Of a stretch of DNA of 64,000 bases, positions 60,501 to 64,000 are shown piece after piece (within the stretch, counting starts at the first letter, position 1; each line of letters begins with the position of its first letter). Under the pieces are notes generated by a model. That model had not been told where the DNA came from. It searched no databases and worked only from the letters and a program-made list of their open reading frames with translations. The position numbers and the translations under genes were made by a program. The stretch is taken from the NCBI GenBank assembly GCA_905178155.1, contig CAJINV010000002.1, positions 303,713-367,712 of the forward strand, in the 5' to 3' direction. Source of the stretch: Amoebophrya sp. A120 (lineage: Eukaryota; Protista; Dinoflagellata).

Positions 60501-63500
60501 GATTTGTGTACGCAAATCCAGCATCACAGATTTCCTTTTTGATATGGGGAGGGGGGATTTTTCCTTTTCATAAAAGGCCATCAGTTGCTTCTTCTTCCCA
60601 CATTTGGCAAAAATAAGACCATCTCGGGTCGTCATATGTTCCTTCACGCCCAGTTCTTTCAACATGGCTGCGAGCTCAGCATCCTCGTCGGGATCATTTG
60701 ATGTCTCCTCGTCTGGCTGTACGACCGGTTGTTCAGGACGAGAAGTACAAGCCGATAGTACAGTGCCGACGTCCACGACCGGGGCCTCATGTTCGCTCGT
60801 GCTCTTGTCCTCGTCCTTCACTGTAGAAGTTTCACCCTGCTTATTGTTTCCCACCTGCTTCTTGATCTCGATGTAATTGGCCACACACTCCTTTATCGCG
60901 CTGTCATCCATGTTGGCGTTTTTCAGTTGCATTTCCCTCAACAAGGCTACCAAGGCGAGCATATCCTGTGCAGAAGCATCGCACTCGTATTGCAGTCATG
61001 CATTACAAATGCAAATCCTTTTGTTAAGGTAAATCCGCATTAGAAATTTTATTTCTCATGCTGAGGAAATTTGTAATGCATTTATACGAATACGATATTT
61101 TTGCAGTTCATAGACCACGCCGGGATCATTCGTCTCCTCGTCGGCCACGACCGGGGGCTCGCGTTCGTTCGTGCTCTTGTCCTCGTCCTTCACTAATGAT
61201 GTATCACCCTGCTTAATAGTCGTCCCCAGCTGCGTTTCCACTTCCCCAGCTGGTGCAGCCCCCTGGATCGTGGTTTCGGTAGCCGAGAGGACGGCGTTCT
61301 GTTGTGGGTTGTGGCCTTGAGGACCGCCTTCTTGCTCAGCAGCTCCTGCATGAACATCACCTGCATGATCTTCAATGCGGTTGAAGCGGTCCCAGTCAAT
61401 CTGCTCAGACGGATCTGCCGCATATTTGTCACGTAAGGTTTTCAGCGCATTGGCCTTGTTATGAATTGCAAAAGTATCGCACTCGTATAAATGCATTAAA
61501 TTTCCTCAGCATGAGAAATAAAATTTGTCAGGCGGATTTACCTTTTAACGCAAGACTTGCATTTATCATTTATACGAGTATCAGATAAGTACTTTAACTT
61601 TTGCACAGGATAATTGTGCATGCCGTCCGTATTCAGCAACGTGGTGGCCATGAGACTCTTATCCTGTGAAAAAAGTGTTACAGTTACACTCTCTGATGGA
61701 AGACAAGCAAGACAGACCACCTCTGTCATGCACGAAATGCTTTCCAGCCTCATTTTGTTCGTGTTTATTTCGATTATAGTCTGCGCATCTTCACAGGTTT
61801 TCTTTGCAACCATGTCGAGCAACTTTGTGATGCAGAAACTCCAACAAATGTGTAACTACTGCAACACTTTTTTCCTGTGATACATCTTCATCGCGTCGTC
61901 GTCCATGTTGGCGTTTTTCAATTTCAGGGTCTTCTATCCAATGCAAAAATCCCTGGATGTCTGGAAGAATGCAACTTGTGATGCTGCCTTTGGATGCCTA
62001 AAAAATTTGTGTTGCATGAGCAGGAAAAGGATTCTAATTTTTGCTACGCGGAGAGGGCGTCTGTCATGCGGATTAGGCATCAAGAATCCCTCAAAATAAA
62101 ACCTGTGATGCTAGGGCATGCATAAAAGAGGACATCATGGGTGGTCATGCAAACCGTGCATGACTACAGGTCTCAGAATCTTCCAGACCCAGACATTTTT
62201 GCATTTGATATCTTCAGCATTATGAACTGCAAAAGTATCGCACTCGTATAAATGCATTACAAATTTCTTCAGCATGAGAAATAAAATTTGTAGTGCGAAT
62301 TTGCATTAACAAAAGGATTTGTAATGCATGATTGCAATACGATACTTTTGCACAGGATAAGCATGCACACCAAGTCCGCCACGTTCTTCTCAAACCGTGA
62401 CGATATCGCAAGGAAAAACTGTTTCACGGTAAACTTGTGATGCAGAAAATGGAACGCAGAACAATTTGTCTTGCTACACCTGCATAGAACATTGGAGCTT
62501 CAACCGTGTTTTCCCCTGTGGGGAAAACGCAGGGGAAAACGCGCATGGCAGATTTTCTGTGTCATGTGTAACAAATAACTTGTGATGCTGATGTTGCAAA
62601 ATCATCACAGTGAAGCATTTTTCGTGGGATAGACGACCAGGCGCTTTTATTTCCCGACTTTAATGCAGCTGTTTCAGCGGGACGAGTTGTTGTATCAGAA
62701 GAAGATGACCCGCCTACGGGGCCTTCTTCTAGTACATCTCCCTTTTGTGGTTTCAGATCGGCGTTCTTCTGTTCGTCTTCGTCGCGCTTATTTTCCTGTG
62801 GTACAACTACTAGCGAGCGTTGAAGATGACCATGGTCTTTTGCTTGAGCAGTACTGCTCTTAAGAACTCTTGCGTGCTGTTGACCACCTGCACGACCTGC
62901 AATGCGGTCAAAGAGGTCCCAATTAATCTGCTTAGACGGATCTGCCGCAAATTTGCGGTGTAAGGCTCTCAGCGCGTCGTATTTGTCCATGCCCTTGCTC
63001 CACAACAATTGGGACTTCACGTGCAATATGCACTGCAAAAGCTGATGTGTCTTCGCACTCGTACAATAGATTTTGTGCAATCAACTTCAACTTGGTGCAA
63101 CACAACTTTCATTCCTCAAGGCTAAAGGCACATCTGCACTTACAAATTTCGTTTCTGATGCTAAAAAAGTTTGATGTCATGCAAAGATTTGTACGTAAAG
63201 TACGACTACGATGCTTTTGCAAAGGATATGCTGCTTCAAAATTACGTCGCTCATGCTATCAAATGCGAATATATATGTCTGGATCTGGAAAGTTGTGATG
63301 CTAAAATGTGCCGGACGAAAACGCTTCCTCAGGATGCAGGAGAGCATGACAAGTTTGCAGAGCGCTTCCTCACGACTCGCGGCGGCCCGCAGGAGAAAGT
63401 AGGTTTTTGTATGACACAAGAAGAGGCTGTGACTTTATATGTGGGTCATGCAGCAATACAGATCTCACAGGACGACTGTAAGACCAGCACTACAAGTTCC

Positions 63501-64000
63501 ACCAACTTTTCAGACCCAGATCGATATTTGCAACGCATACATGCCGGCATCCTTCAGCTTCATCATCTTTAGCATCGAGGTCAAATGCTTCACATCCTGC
63601 TCAAAGCGTGCCGTGGGGTCGTCGTTCTTGCCCGTAGTTTCATCGGCGGGACCACGAGGAGAGGCGGCGTTCTGTTCGTCTTCCGATCGGCGCTTCTCCT
63701 GTTGTACTTCTACTCGCGAGCCTTCTTGACCACGTGCTACTTTTTCTTGAGCAGTACTGCTCGCATTAAGAACTCTTGTGTGCTGTTGACCACCTGCACG
63801 ACCTGCAATGCGGTCAAAGAGGTCCCAGTCAATCTGCTCAGACGGATCTGCCGCAAATCTGGTGTGTAAGGCTCTCAGCACCTCGTATTTGTCCATGCCC
63901 TTGCTCCACAACAATTGGGACTTCACGTGCAATATGCACTGCAAAAGCTGATGTATCTACTTCGCATTCGTACAATAAATTTTGTGCAATCAACTTCAAC
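57563..64000 (-). CDS. Helical-repeat protein of unknown family (5' end outside window); at least 16 introner introns
   Basis: Continuous frame after splicing; recurring module RFE..V..L..MLK..KLK.A.M.D...K.....L....GM.K..AL..L..K.AADPS.QI.WD.F.RI. Confidence 0.8.
60083..60245. mobile_element. Introner element family B abutting a D element (also at 52329-52491)
   Basis: Flanks AATGG/AAAGG. Confidence 0.88.
60251..60572. mobile_element. Introner element family D inserted into the TSD of the B element (truncated copy at 52497-52696)
   Basis: Perfect TSD AAAGG, whose left copy is also the right TSD of B. Confidence 0.9.
60962..61112. mobile_element. Introner element family B
   Basis: TSD GAGCA/GACCA. 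Confidence 0.9.
61460..61612. mobile_element. Introner element family B
   Basis: TSD CTTGT/ATTGT. Confidence 0.9.
61660..61882. mobile_element. Introner element family C-like
   Basis: TATCCTGTGAAAAAAGTGTTACAGTTACAC / GTGTAACTACTGCAACACTTTTTTCCTGTGATA; TSD ACTCT/CATCT. Confidence 0.85.
61935..62210. mobile_element. Introner element family A
   Basis: Perfect TSD TCTTC. Confidence 0.9.
62221..62359. mobile_element. Introner element family B
   Basis: Perfect TSD AGCAT. Confidence 0.92.
62404..62631. mobile_element. Degenerate family C-like introner
   Basis: TAT...ATA ends, perfect TSD GACGA; removal joins AWS|SRFEK. Confidence 0.82.
63027..63228. mobile_element. Introner element family B (diverged)
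   Basis: TSD TGCAA/TGCTG; frame restored as KQH|VKSQ. Confidence 0.82.
63257..63539. mobile_element. Introner element family A
   Basis: Perfect TSD CATGC. Confidence 0.9.
63933..64000. mobile_element. Family B introner truncated by the window end, paralogous to 63027
   Basis: Nearly the same sequence, at the same position in the adjacent protein repeat. Confidence 0.8.

Noticed and set aside
1566-63572. Many short ORFs sharing peptides such as MSGSGR, PDPDIFA, CLGLE, FQTQT, ALQI
   Set aside because: These are translations of introner TIRs and motifs, not a protein family

Overview
Eukaryotic genomic DNA, most likely from a syndinian parasitic dinoflagellate such as Amoebophrya. This is inferred from an exact 22-nt dinoflagellate spliced-leader copy at 40879-40900 and from dozens of non-canonical introner-type introns. 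About 60 short (about 140-350 bp) non-autonomous elements occur, from at least 9 families with unrelated terminal inverted repeats (TIRs; labelled A-I here). They share one grammar: 5'-TAT...ATA-3' ends, a 5-bp target-site duplication (TSD), and many internal GCAT(G/C/T)ACA motifs in both orientations. Manually removing each element plus one TSD copy joins the fragmented ORFs into long minus-strand genes: three RING-finger proteins with N-terminal hydrophobic segments, a roughly 2,500-aa DUF4116-like membrane protein with 12 such introns, a paralog family with an unrecognised YK..FPLN domain, and a helical-repeat protein. Also present are an intronless plus-strand cold-shock-domain gene next to the SL relic, a 2-kb GC-rich hairpin-repeat element nested inside an introner, and a 7,754-bp near-identical duplication across a single N that is probably an assembly artefact. 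No transposase, rRNA, tRNA or CRISPR was recognised. All splicing models are hand reconstructions without RNA evidence.
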